Assembly: GCA_040954595.2 (NCBI GenBank) | Contig: CM082591.2 | Coordinates: 6,222,266 to 6,286,265, forward strand | Direction: 5' to 3' | Length of the DNA stretch: 64,000 nt | Source of the DNA: Balanoglossus misakiensis | Taxonomy: Eukaryota > Animalia > Hemichordata | Shown: piece by piece, positions 12,580 to 25,389 of the stretch | Layout: each line of letters starts with the position of its first letter | Numbering within the stretch: position 1 is the first letter of the stretch | Notes under the pieces: generated by a model | Databases searched by the model: none | Told to the model about the DNA's origin: nothing | What the model saw: the letters and a program-made list of their open reading frames with translations, nothing else | Position numbers and translations under genes: made by a program

Positions 12580-13783
12580 TCACCGTCTCAAGACGAGGTC
12601 TACAAATCTGGATAATCGGTTTGGACGTCTTGAACAATGGTTGTTGTTTCTATTTGCTCGGTTTTCTGTGATGGTAAGAGACCCTCCTCTCTGACAGGGC
12701 CTGCGTTGCCGCGAGTCCGTGGTAGGCCCAGTGCTGTTTTCACCAAACTTCATGCTTCTGCGGGAGACGGGGGCCATTTTCACCTTTCCGTCATCACCCT
12801 GGCTACAGTTGTCCTCGCGCGGACAGGACGCTCTCTCGGTTGTCATGTCCCCGCGTTCGCGCCCCTTGCAACACCGCTGACCGCGACAGTTCTTCTGGAA
12901 CAAAAACCCATCCACCAGCCCTCCCCTCAGCGACTTCGCCACGTTGGCCTCGTACTCGTCCACGGTCTGAGTGGCCGTGAACATCACAGACAGCGGGTCG
13001 TCCAGGTTCGGCTGGTAGAACAGAAAAAGTATCGCTTGGACGAGGCTCTCCAGGTCCACATCCGGGGTCCAGTCGGAGAGAATGCTCACGCAGACGTTGT
13101 CGTACAGATTTCCGTCGTACGCATCTATATTAGGGTGGTATATTGGCGTTTCACAAGAAACAGTTGGTGCGACTTGGGGATATCTGTCATCAAGTTCGAT
13201 CTGTAAATGAACCAGCAAAGAAACTAGGTTAAGTGGGGTATTGGTAGACGAATAATATTTTCGTTGAAAATCGTCACTTCATTTCTTAGAAGATAATAAC
13301 AATGGCCATGACGAACATCATGGTACTTCAATTTAATTTTATTGCGTAAAAATAAGGCGTATTTTCGGATTTTTTTTTTTGCAATGTAAGCGAAGCAGAT
13401 TATCGATTACAATTTCTGGGTTTTTTAGTTGTTTTACTTCATGTTTCTAGATGATCCAATAAACTCTGAAAGTTGTAGAAATTTGTGGGAAAAAAACGAC
13501 TGCGGGTGCTGAAATGGAACATAGGACAGGTTAATTCAGTTGCGGCTGATTCAAGTTTGTCAGTTGTAAATCACTTCATGACAAGTGCACGCCCACCTTG
13601 TTGTATGAAACGTACCTTGAAAATAAACTCGGCGTCTTTGTAAAGCCCGTCATTGGGGCATATCTTGATGGTGATATCGTCCATCGAGTCTGAGAAATCG
13701 ACCACTTTGGCTTGTCCGTCGCTTAAACTTGCGATATTTTTCAGTAGGCGATGGAACTGCTTGGAAACGCGTTTGTGGGACAT
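12580..13783 (-). CDS. Ubiquitin/NEDD8-conjugating enzyme E2, Ubc12/UBE2M-like, copy 2 (262 aa, 2 exons, long basic C-terminal tail)
   Basis: Exons 13783-13616 (MSHKRVSK...ICPNDGLYKDAEFIFK|GTACG) and 13200-12580 (CAG|IELDDRYP...CETPIYHPNID...NVCVSILSDW...LFLFYQPNLDDPL...YEANVAKSLRGGLVDGFLFQKNC). Same phase-0 intron position as copy 1. Confidence 0.87.
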
Positions 13784-13848
13784 TTCGACTTCTGGCTGTA
13801 AAACTCCGGCACGGTGGTTTAGACACGAGTGCCAGAGTTTGACTTCGC

Positions 13849-13856
13849 CCTTTATA
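13849..13856 (-). promoter_or_regulatory. TATA box of E2 copy 2
   Basis: Minus-strand TATAAAGG about 70 nt upstream of the ATG at 13783. Confidence 0.45.
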
Positions 13857-14477
13857 TTCATTGCACACGGACGCGTTAATCATTGCTAAAAATAGAAGCT
13901 GTGACGCGTATGACGCCCACGCAAGTTGAAATGTTTTCGTTTGTGGATGGGGGAGTCCAAAATGATTCGGCAATAGGGGATTACCAAGACATGTATATAC
14001 AGGGTATGAGTTTTGATATTGACAATTGAATTAATCTATTAGGCAAACAATCTGATTTTGGATTCAGTTCTGAAGAATCATGTGCTTTGGGATTATTTCT
14101 GAATTTAGTGCCCGCCTGTCTGCGACTAAGCCCTTCGCAGAAGGGATATGTCATATGTTGGTACGTATTAAGCTCATAAAAATCTATAAAACACTCGATT
14201 AAAAGTCCAACAACTCGCCTGTGTGCTTCTACCTGACATTACTTTGATCAATTTAATAACACTTGCATTTCACAATTATTTTCACGGACCATTCACTTAA
14301 ATGAATGCTGTCCACCCCTCCCTGTAGAATAGTTCTTACTTCGTTGTACTGGGGAGGTAACAAGCTACAAGCAAACACACCACCCTGTCTGTGCGTCGCA
14401 CTGTATGATTTCTGTTGAAATTGGTTTCGGTTTGTTGTGAAATTTAGCTGTGCGTCCATGGTTTGATCGGGCGTGAA

Positions 14478-16571
14478 ATGGACTTACCGAAGGATGTAGA
14501 TAAGTCCGGCGACTCGGTCGTTGATAAGGAGTCCTCGCTCGCGGCGAAGGACGCAGAATCGAGACCGGACGTTCCTGGCAAGTCCGTCGACCGGAAAATC
14601 GCAGACGCCGGCCGCGATGAAACTGATCAAGAAATGGAGTCGAAGGACCAAGTTGAAGCGGCCGGCGGGTCGTCGGAGGCTGACGCTAGCACTTCGGGCC
14701 AGAAGCGCCGGCGACGGGAGTCCGAGACGGAGCACGGCGACGGGAAAGACGACGCGAAGGAGGGGAGAGGCGAACAGAGTCCCCCCAAGAGGAGGAGAGA
14801 AGGGACGGAGAGGAGGGATAGTGCGATGGAGGAGAAAGAAAGAGAATGGCGACATAAACAGGAAATGGCAGCTGAGGAGCGACAAAAAATGCAGTGCGTA
14901 GATATTACTTCATTAATGAATACCTAGAAATTTCGTCCCATTGAAACTCTTGCATATTCAGAGCAGTCACACCATCAACATGGGATCTAACTAGCTCTGC
15001 GTACAGGTCTGTGTGTTCCCGGAGACCTTGTACGCAGAGCTAGGGATACACATCAAAATCGCCATCAAAGAATGTGGCAATAAAGTAAATTCACACCCAC
15101 TGTCAGTGTCACATGGTCTTACGCCCATCGTAGTGCAGTAGTACTCGCCTCCATCATTTGACCTCTCACCAGTGACCTTTAGTCTAACTTCCATTTTTTT
15201 GCTGTCGTCATCTGACCTACATAACACCACACAACAAGGAAGTGAGGTGTGAAGGGTTCAATCGAACGGCCATTGTAAATAGATTGCTTGTGTCCCAGTA
15301 TGGCAGATGGTAAAGGGGAAATCCAGATGCCATGTAGCTTGCATGATCTTTCACAGAAAGTTAAAAGGAAGTCGCAGCTTAATTTGTATTCAAACATGTA
15401 CATCATGTTCATATATACCAAATCAGTCATTGGGTTTCTGTTTCCTTTGCTTCTGGAAAATTTAAGATCATAAATTAAAATCTGCATTAGCTGTAAGTTT
15501 TCATGGCCAAAGTAAGCAAATCCTTGTCGTGCATCAATGCGTAGGTTTTTAGAGGTTGTCAAGAATAACGCAAAGTTTTCTTGCTGAAATTTCCAACACC
15601 AATTATACTAAAACAAGCCACAACTTTTTATTTTGCAACATTACTTGTAAAACTAGAAATTTTCGTGAGCGGTAAATTTTCATGAACTTGGAGAGGCAAA
15701 AAATGTGATCATAAATAAAATGTTATAGTAGCGAAAGAATGGTGTATAAAATAAAATGTTATTCTGAGATAAAGAAAGCACAAAATACCGATAATATAGT
15801 AAATTTCACTTTTTACAGCCAATGATCCATGGGATGTTGCAAAATGGTGTCAAATCAGTTTTACATTGCATTCATGAATTTTTCAACCCGTTTTCTTCTC
15901 AGAATCCTTGTATCAGCATTTTCCGAAGAACAATTGAACCGATATGAAATGTATAGAAGAGCATCGTTTCCCAAAGCAGCCATCAAAAGGGTAAGTACCC
16001 ACTATCCCCCAACTCTCTTGAAGCAGTACTCAACAAGTGCGCCCTCAGCGGCTGAAGTGATTGCAGAACCGAGATTGTTGACAAATAATTTGGTGAACGT
16101 CTTGTGTGTTTTGTTTTCTTGTCTACAGCTTATGCAGTCCCTCATAGGATCATCATCAGTGTCGCACAATGTCGTCATAGCGATGGCCGGCATCGCCAAG
16201 GTCTACGTCGGGGAGATAGTGGAAGAAGGTGAATACTGTGGTCTAAATAGTTTTTTTTTTTTGCAAAGTAGTATAATTTTGATTTTTTTACAAAAATGCA
16301 AAGCTATCGACGCTAATGTGTATACAACTTAACTTTTAAACACCTCAAAGTTTTTTTATGACTTGATCGCTGAAACTTCTCTGATTAATTACAGGAACAT
16401 TTCTAATAATTAATTTCACTTTCTCATTATATTTGTATAGCTCTGGATGTGAGGGAATGCTGGGAAGAAAGTGGTCCATTGCAACCTAAACACATCAGAG
16501 AAGCAGTGCGAAGACTGAAAAATCAAAACAAAGTTCCCAACACAAAATACAAAAGGACCTTCTTCAGGTAG
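14478..16571 (+). CDS. TAF11: Transcription initiation factor TFIID subunit 11 (244 aa, 4 exons)
   Basis: Exons 14478-14893, 15903-15990, 16129-16228, 16441-16571, all GT-AG and in frame. Gives [37 protein letters not shown]...[23 protein letters not shown]...[15 protein letters not shown], the TAF11 histone fold. AATAAA at 17262 and 17282. Confidence 0.96.
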
Positions 16572-17637
16572 CACCACTCTGTTGTGAGAAATTGGAATTT
16601 CCGGATGTCTAGGGACAGAAAGAGCAGGCAATTCACTGCTCTGTTTTCAACATGGCAGTATTGGTACCGTGGCTGACTTGCCTATGGACAATATGATCCT
16701 TCAATAATGTAGCTTGTGGCATCAAAGAAATAAAGCCACACCCTAAGGTGTCGTAGATCTGCCAATATATGCAAACTTTCTGACTGTTTACTTGTGTTCT
16801 AGTCTCGGTTATCCAGAGCCCTCTGCTTCTTCCGTTGGGCACTCCAGAAAGAGGGTCTGGGGAAACACCATAGACAAATCTCCGGGCAAAGATGGCCGAC
16901 TTGAGACAAAGGCGATGCATGATGGTTGCAGCATCAAACATAAACAAAACATGCTTTGAATAGACAAGCCAATAGGTGATGTGCTAATTCCATGACAACA
17001 GATTTTGATTACAGCGCAACATTTCACATACTATTGAGTTTATTTTTAACACATCTGGGATATTTTGTAAATGTTGCTTGAATATTTCAGCAGTTTCTGA
17101 TCGAGATTGTCATGGTCATGATGGAAAGTGTAATATCAAAAATGTCATTAAGAAATTGTTAGAGAGAGTGAATTTTCTGTGCAGAGAAACCATGTGTATA
17201 GGACGATGTGAAATGCATGAAGGAAAACTTCAGAGCATTGATTATATTTATTGGGCGTAGAAATAAATGTTCAGATATCCCAATAAATGTTGTGAAATGT
17301 CTTGTATCATATCAATACTGAATCAGACTGATTGTGGAAAGTGTATGTGAAATGTGTGTATGTTTGTTTTGACTACTCGTACAATTATCAGCACAACGTA
17401 GCACAATTATCAATTTTAGTGTTCACATGACTTTTATTGACTCAACTCACCAGTAATAATTACAATGAAGACAACTTTCAATTCTTTCTTATAATCTGTC
17501 TTCTCCCATATATACATCTGATAATTTAATACAGAGCAAAATGCTACAATATTTCATAATTTTTTTTTTCACAATGATAGAATTTATTACAGACTATAAT
17601 ACGTACAGCTTTGGAATTTGGAACTTTTTTCCTGGTT

Positions 17638-17993
17638 TTAAAGGGACTAAGTCCCTCTCCCACTGCCCTTTTTTCCATTAATTATGTTTGATACAAAACA
17701 CTGTTTATGTTATTCTACATGTGGATATATAGTGAATCAACGTTCTACTACTATCAACTTCCATCCCACTTGAAGACACGAGAGTGAAAAACTCGCCAAA
17801 AAGAATAATCAGTCTCTACCGTTTATTCATTTTGGCGAGATTTTAACTCTCATATCCTACAAACGGGATGGAAGTTGTGTGTGGTCGAACGTTGATTCAC
17901 TACATATACACATGTAGAATAACATAAACGGTGTCTTGTATCAAACATAATTAATGGAAAAAGGGCAGCGAGAGAGAGACTTTGTCCCTTTAA
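17638..17993. mobile_element. MITE family A (~350 bp, long TIRs AGGGACAAAGTCTCTCTCTCGCTGCC, TTAA target; Kolobok-like)
   Basis: Long terminal inverted repeats flanked by TTAA; multiple copies in window. Confidence 0.85.
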
Positions 17994-18368
17994 TGGGTGC
18001 AAAGAAGCAATGCAACTGTGCAGTTGATCTTCCATCTCAGCTGAGGTTCCCCTGAACCCCCCGATACTCCCTGAATCATGGAATCTTCCCGTCGGTTTCA
18101 GCGACAAGGTTGTTCCATTCATAAGGAATTGGGGGGGGGGGGGTTTCGCAGGGTGGCTCTACCTCGAGATAATGGAATGTTTAGTACTGGGGCAAGTGGA
18201 AGTGTTGCTCCAGAGGTGTGTGACTGGAAATGCTTCGCTCAACTGCACCGGCTACAGAAGCTGCATCACACAAGCCCCACTAGAAATGGTGTCAATCTGT
18301 TCAGAAACTGGCAAATACACGCCCCATTTCGTGCACAGGCTTGAGAGGAACCATGCTGAATTAGCAAA

Positions 18369-18664
18369 TACAGTCAAAGCCCTGTTAGTGGCCACCCCTA
18401 TATAGCGGTCACCTCTACATAGTGGCCACTTTGTTACAGTCCCTGTGCAATTTATATGTACAGTCAAACCTGTGTTAGTGGCCACCTCTGTATAGTGGCC
18501 ACCCCTATACAGTGGTCACCTCTATATAGTGGCCACTTAGTTACATATACAGTCCCTGTGCAATTCACATGTGTGTTAATTAACCTCTATATAAAGGCCA
18601 CCTGTCTATAAAGGCCAGTTTAGGAAAGTCCCTTGACTGGCCACTACAGACAGGTTCGACTGTA
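18369..18664. mobile_element. MITE family D (CAGTCAAACCTGT TIR, TA target; Tc1/mariner-pogo-like) with a duplicated left end
   Basis: TA-CAGTCAAA at 18369 and 18459; closes with ACAGGTTCGACTG-TA at 18664; internal GTGGCCACC repeats; second copy at 30221. Confidence 0.75.
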
Positions 18665-19841
18665 GCTGCATGAGAAAAATTCACAAATTGAAAGTGGGCG
18701 AACCGAATTCTTGAAGGGGATGTGGTGGAACCCATATTATGGGAAATGAGGGGAAGGGGGGGGGGGGGGGTCACCTTCAAGACCTTCATTTTCAATGTCT
18801 TCAAGAAGGCTACAAGCAGTGTTGAGATCACACACAATTTTACATTTTTTCAGTAAATAGAACAACACTTTGAGAGCAAAACAACATCAAAGACATCAAC
18901 TTCCCCTCTTCAAGTAAAGTTCAACTGAAATTCTAGACTTGCGTATTAGACCTCGTCAAACTTCCAAATCTTGACATGAAATTTCAAATCAGATTTTCCT
19001 TCACTTGCATACCCTCCACCCCCTTATCTCAACATATACGAGTCCCACTCCACCAAAAGAAAACCCGCATCAGCATAAACCACTATCATGAAAGGGGGTG
19101 GCCCCCCCTCCTACGACAGGTGATGACAGGGAGAGCAAAGTTCAACATCCATCAGCTGGCAGTGTTTCATATTACAAGGAAAAAAGGTAAATGCATATTT
19201 CATGGTTTCAGTGAACCAGATTCACTTCAGAAATTTTGGTCCTGTTGTCTGCTCACAGGGAACCAATTCCCCCCTCCTCCACCGAGGAAATGGTTTCTTC
19301 CATGCTAGACAACAATGGAACTGAACCAAATCTCAGTGTAGGACAGGGGTGGTGGTAACCCCTGTGAACAAAGGAAAAAAAATGAAAACAGTAGCTACAG
19401 AAAAATCCTGATTGAAGATAGAAACTATATATGTACATTTTGAGAGAGAGAAAAAAATCATAATTATAACTTTTATTCAAACCAATATATTTTCCCAATA
19501 TAAGATTGGAAATTGTCTGAAGCATGGTGTTTTCGAGTTTTCTATTGTACATGTACACACTACTGCAAGAGCAAAATGTGCTTTAAAAGCTGCATTATTG
19601 AAAGACTAAAGACACTTTCACTCAGAACAGTCCGGGATGATTATACATATGTAGTCAGAGCTGTAATAATGACTGGTGATATTTAAGATATTAGGATGAA
19701 ATACATAAAGTAAATTTCAGCTGCCAAAAGAAATTTATCCTGCAAAAGATCAAATAAAGACCATACTACACACCATACTCTTTCCGGTGCTACTCAAATT
19801 CGATCAACACAGCTGCCTGTGCCAGTCTCTGCAGTTAGTTC

Positions 19842-19948
19842 TAGGACAGTCACCCCCTGGGCATATACCCCAACACGATCCCTAACAGTGACCCCGATTG
19901 GTGGGTGGGAAATCTGGGCAGTGAATGCTTCAGGGGGGAACCGTCCTA
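19842..19948. mobile_element. Small MITE-like element (~107 bp)
   Basis: 18-bp terminal inverted repeats TAGGACAGTCACCCCCTG / CAGGGGGGAACCGTCCTA (15/18 match). Confidence 0.5.
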
Positions 19949-22408
19949 ACGTCACATCTGCTCAACTTCATTCTGCTGCCCACACAACTACCAGGCAACA
20001 AGTATTCAACAACTACGACAAATTAGACAAAAAGTTCGTCAAAGCTGCCCGAGTGTGTGACACCGAGAATATCCGGTCAATAAATACATAATTCTAGTCA
20101 GAAATTAAAATTTGAAATCCTATAAGATGCTCGGAACACTTCTGGTTCCAAAAACGTCAAACTTTCCTTCTCCATGTCACCATCTTGTCACTGTTCACTC
20201 AATTCCAAAGACTGAACATAATATGAACACTGTACATACACAAGTAAATCGTAGCTGCATTGTGTCAAAGGTCATGACATTTAACCTTTCCACAACAACA
20301 CAACAGATGCACTAAATATTACCAGATAAAGATTGAAATTAAATTTGAATAGAATTGACAAGAATATATATATTTATCATCTGTAAATCTACAAAAATAT
20401 CACACAATGTACAATTTTATTATTTTTTTCTCATTTTTACATCATATTTTCATGTTTTCGAATGTAATTTTGTCTCCTTCTATGGTATAGGGAAAATTGA
20501 ATTGTTGTACAAGTCTATTTACTGTACACACCTATGTAATTTACAAGAGTTAAATCCCTAACTTGGGGTTTTGGTGGACCTGTCCTCTCAATATTCTGTG
20601 AAATGAATATGCAATAAGGACGTTCCATTATACAGGAAATGGGGGGTAACTATGTCAAACCAGATGCTCAAGACATACATGTACGATTTCTGACCATTCT
20701 TCATGCAAGACCGTCCAAAAGAATTATGAGCCTAGACACATCTGTACGTATGCAGATGTGTGTACCCGTGTTTACAACAAATAACTGTGATCCAAACCGA
20801 TCAATTTACATTAACACCCCTCATGCATAGTGGTATAATCCTTCACTGGCAGAGGGACCAGACCATAATACATGCACACAGGGGTGTTATTATCAGCTAC
20901 ATTGGTGAAACACATCTGGCAATTTTTTCATTAGTCAATTCAGTATTTGACTGTTTGCATATGACAGGTCTTGAATCAAAAATGGTTCATTAAAATCAGC
21001 ATATTTTTGCTGCCATTATATCCTTTCACTTAATTTCAAAGGGGCTGGGGGGTCTTACAACAGAAAGTGTAACATATTCTATTCAATCTTTTAAACAGCA
21101 ACATAAATGAATTAAACCAAAGTCATACAACATTGTCACAAACTTCATGCCTTAAATGTCTGATGTAATCGATGACCCTTGCCCTGATGTTCCCCTGAAC
21201 TTTGACCCCTGAACACTTTCACAAACCTAGTTACCCAGGCTTGTGTGTTCTCACTGTTCTGGTTCCTTCAAAATTACTGGCTGATGCGTATAGATGTTGT
21301 GAATATAAGCCAATCAGACAGAGTCTTACAAAGAGCTTAAACGGCAACCATTACCATGTAAAGGAGAGCCCATAGAATCAAAATGTTTTGAAGTTTGTAT
21401 GTCACTCCACCTATAGTTTCAATGGTAGAATCATTCTGATTGGGTGATTCAAGCCAAATAGTTGGTCCGTGGCCAACTGTATGCCTTGTTTCATCAGAGT
21501 CATCTACATTTAATTTTGTAAGTACTGCAAGTCACCTGCATAGGACTGTTGAGCGTAGTGCATAATTCTCGAGAAGTGTTACAATGCATGGTGGGAAATC
21601 AGGTCAAAGGTCACCTTGCCATCTGTTTGATTGTTTTTGCGTACAATTGGACAAAAAGTATAACTATTAAAACGCCACTACACAAAAAAAGTAACATAGG
21701 ATAATGCCACCATTTTTGAAACATAGTCTTTCACCTAAAAATCCAGTTTCAGAACTCGGCAATTTTTGTAAAACGATCCTCATAAATATTCACGTCAGTT
21801 TACGCTGCAGCCAATCAAGAGAAAGCTCTTTTCAGGATAGCCAGTAACTAGCCAATCACACCTGAGCTTATGATCACGACTTGGTTTTGATTCGCTGCTG
21901 CCACATCCTTGTTCTCGTATACAGAATAAAGGTACTATACATCGTAAACTAAATAAAACTCAACTAAACAAAACGTTTCATTTCAGATTTGGTTGTTAAG
22001 TACTGGTACAGAAACAAGTCACTGCGTTTACAGCAGTGTTTCCAGCCATAAAATGTCCGCCCCAGCCTGGCTGTGCATGTGCAAGGGCTGGTGACAATTA
22101 ATTTGTAAATCATCAAAAATTATAACTGCAAATGTCGAAGACTTAAGCTTTCACTCGCCCAGTAATGCAACAATCCAGCTTGTTGAAATAGTTTTATAAC
22201 TTTTTTTCATTTTCACCTTGAATGGAAAAAGCTGATGCAGAGTTTTGTTTTACTGTTTTCATCAAAAATAAAATGATTGTCAGTACATTCTTCCTGTGCA
22301 GGTCAAACAGTTTTCATCAGATTATTCCTTAAGTGTTTGTTAGATTTTTTGCCACTCTGCTCAGAAAGTTTCTTTCAAAGGAGAAAATTTATATCCAGCG
22401 AACTAGTT

Positions 22409-22501
22409 TGAACCCCTTTCATTGTCATGGTTTGGCCCAAATCAGTGTTTTCTATGATAAAGCTGGACCTCTACACAGTGAAATGGGGGTGAAAGGGTTA
22501 A
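22409..22501. mobile_element. MITE family B (~90 bp, CCCTTTCAC...GTGAAAGGG, TTAA target; piggyBac-like)
   Basis: Matches the family consensus seen at about 13 sites in the window. Confidence 0.75.
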
Positions 22502-22908
22502 TATATTTCAAAACCAGGACTGGACTGTTGCATTCTAGGGAAGAAAACTGCTAGAACTTAAGACTTTTGCAACACAGAACTTATTCCTAAAAGGCAGCAT
22601 GAAAAAAAAACACCTACAGATTCTTAAACCAGAATTAAATGATAGTACTGAGCACACGATCCGACAAAAATCAAATAAATATATCGTAGAATAAACAGCT
22701 CCCCCTATCAGGTATCCCAAAATTCCTTCATTTTTATGCAAATAGAATTTTGCATATAAATATCTAATACAAGTCAAGAAGAATTAAACTGGCATAGATT
22801 ATTTCTAACATAAAGAACCTCTTATGCAAAGATTTGTACATTTAAAAATGAAGTCTGTTCTTTCTTGCAATCTAGATTTTAATATGCATAGGATACCATT
22901 TAGTCATA

Positions 22909-23262
22909 TTAAAGGGACAAAGTCTCTCTCTCGCAGGCCTTTTTCCATTAATTATGTTTCATACAAGACACCGTTTATGTTATTCTACATGTGGATATAC
23001 AGTGAATCAACGTTCGACAACACACAAATTCCATCCCGTTTGTAGGATATAACAGTAAAAATCTCGGCAAAAAGAATAAATGGTACACACCAATTATTCA
23101 TTTTGGCGATTTTTTCACTCTTGTGTCTTCGAATGGGATGGAAGGTGTGTGGTTGAACATTGATTCACTATATATCCACATGTAGAATAACATAAACGGT
23201 GTCTTGTATCAAACATAATTAATGGAATTAATTGCAGCGGGACAGAGACTTTGTCCCTTTAA
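22909..23262. mobile_element. MITE family A copy
   Basis: TTAA-AGGGACAAAGTC...GACTTTGTCCCT-TTAA. Confidence 0.85.
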
Positions 23263-25389
23263 AGGGACAGTGGCGTTTGATGTTTACATGTAGCTACTGT
23301 TCCTTTGAAAACTGACTAAAACTAGGAAATACTTTCACCGCGGAAGAAAAGGATGTTTTTTTTATAACAACTGTGAAAATACTAAATCAGAGTACACAAA
23401 ATCTGTCTACCAACAAGTTACTGCAGGCACTGAAATTGTCACTGTGTAACCGAAACTGTGGAAACCAGACCACAGACAATTGAATTTTTCACAAACCTAA
23501 TCTATCCCACCTGGCTACATTTGCTAGGCATAGTCAGAAAATGTACAAATATGGTAACAAAATCAATTGTCCAGTGGTCTTACGCAATTGGTGATAATTT
23601 CAGAACCTGTGGCCAACATTTAGATAAACGACTACTAGTATTTACCCAGGACAGAATCACACCATTTCCTATTAAATTTACCTCTGGGTATTAAAGATTG
23701 TCCTAACAATGTAAATATAATTACTCTGCAAAACACACAGAAGGCATGTTCAACTGACTGAAAATACACAGAAAATGTCTTCATTTTTTTTAAATAGGTT
23801 ATCGTTTTTGTAAAATGTTACTAACGTTTTGAAAGTTGATGAATGTGGTAAATATGTATTGCTCAATTTCTCTGTGTCACATACAAGTGACACAGCGATC
23901 ATTTTTTTAAAACTTTGATATCAAACTCGCGTTTGTGATTTAATTTTAATTTTGGTCACACTTTGAAAATCAAATAAATCTATCTTTGCTACAGACTACT
24001 GTATCTATTTTTACAGAGAGTGTTGCTCAAAGTTATGCTATTAATAATTTCTAAACAGACTTTTGTGCACGAGCTAGCTTGCTGATATCCATACTAAAAC
24101 ATGTGGGGTAACCCCCCTTTCAGGACTACTTGTTGGTTTGGTCCCATTGTTTTGAATAGGTGGCTGGACCTCTGCACTAGGGATAGAGGGAAGAAAGGGT
24201 TCAAGAAACTAATAAGCAACTTATTTCTTGCAGTTTCATTTTTTCATATGGAATAAATCTTAGCTAGCATAGGTGGCCATGTTTTTAATACTGCTTAACT
24301 TTCGTGTACATACGTCAAGCAGAATGCTAATTGCTACACAGTTTTGTATGCTGCATCTGAGATGCAACTCCTTAGAATATTAATGATTAGTTTGGTCTCC
24401 CTAGCTTGGCATAAAATTTTATGGTATATTGGGGTCCCTAGTATGAGAGTAAAATTCACAAATTTCCATGTGGGATACTTTGTAGCAAAACAGGCAGAAT
24501 ATTATTATTTTCGGAGGGGGGGGCAAGCTAGATCAGCATGAGCAACAATTACTTGGCACTCTGCCAGCATTTTCACGCTACCTAGTCCACTGGTAAAAAT
24601 CACAGAGCTGCGATATATACACATGCAAGCCAAAGCAGTCTGCATATAAACGAAACCAGACATGATACCACCTAGTACACTGGTAGAAATAACAGCAGCT
24701 GCAATGTATACTCCCTAGCAGAGTTAGCATAAACACTTCCAGTGTCTGTGAAAAGCATAAGCATTCTCTATATTATACAAGGAATGTACTAACAAAACGA
24801 TATGTCACCCTATCACGGTACTCTGGCAATGCATATATGTACTGAATATATATTAAAACATCTCTTTGGTCCTAGTTCAATAAATAATATACCCTGACAC
24901 ACGTCACATGTTAAAACGTGGCATAAAACATCAATCTATTTTGGTCCCATAATTGAAAGAAGACACTGACTTTTTGTTTCAGTGAAATTTGAACATTGCC
25001 CAAATAAAAACTTACTTGCATTGAAACTATTTGTCAATACATTGCATGGTAGTCTGACCACCCCTCTGACACAACACAGTACGTTAACCCATAGACAAAC
25101 TAACAGCTGGGTTATTCCAATTTCATACCAACGGCAGGGGGTAGCAGGTACTAACAGGAAAAAAAAAACTTACAACGATCCCTGACAAAAGACAATGTAC
25201 TCTATTCTAGACTTCTTCCTCGTCGGTTGCGTATCCATGGCAGTGACCTTGCTTGACCTCTACGTACGTCTTCCCAAATTGCTCACTTTGTGTTCTCGGC
25301 GAGACTGGAGTGGCAGTGGAGATTCCAACAACGGCAAAAAATGAGCTTCCCTACTGGTCTTTGTAAATCGCCGTACCCGGATTTTGACG

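Noticed and set aside
12637-13206. 189-aa plus-strand ORF, and similar shadow ORFs at 14484-14901 and 56525-57102
   Set aside because: Antisense or alternate-frame shadows of GC-rich real exons
13784-13861. Upstream ATG extending E2 copy 2 (MNIKGEVK...)
   Set aside because: This ATG is immediately followed by the TATA box, so it probably lies upstream of the TSS; no resemblance to the Ubc12 N-terminal peptide
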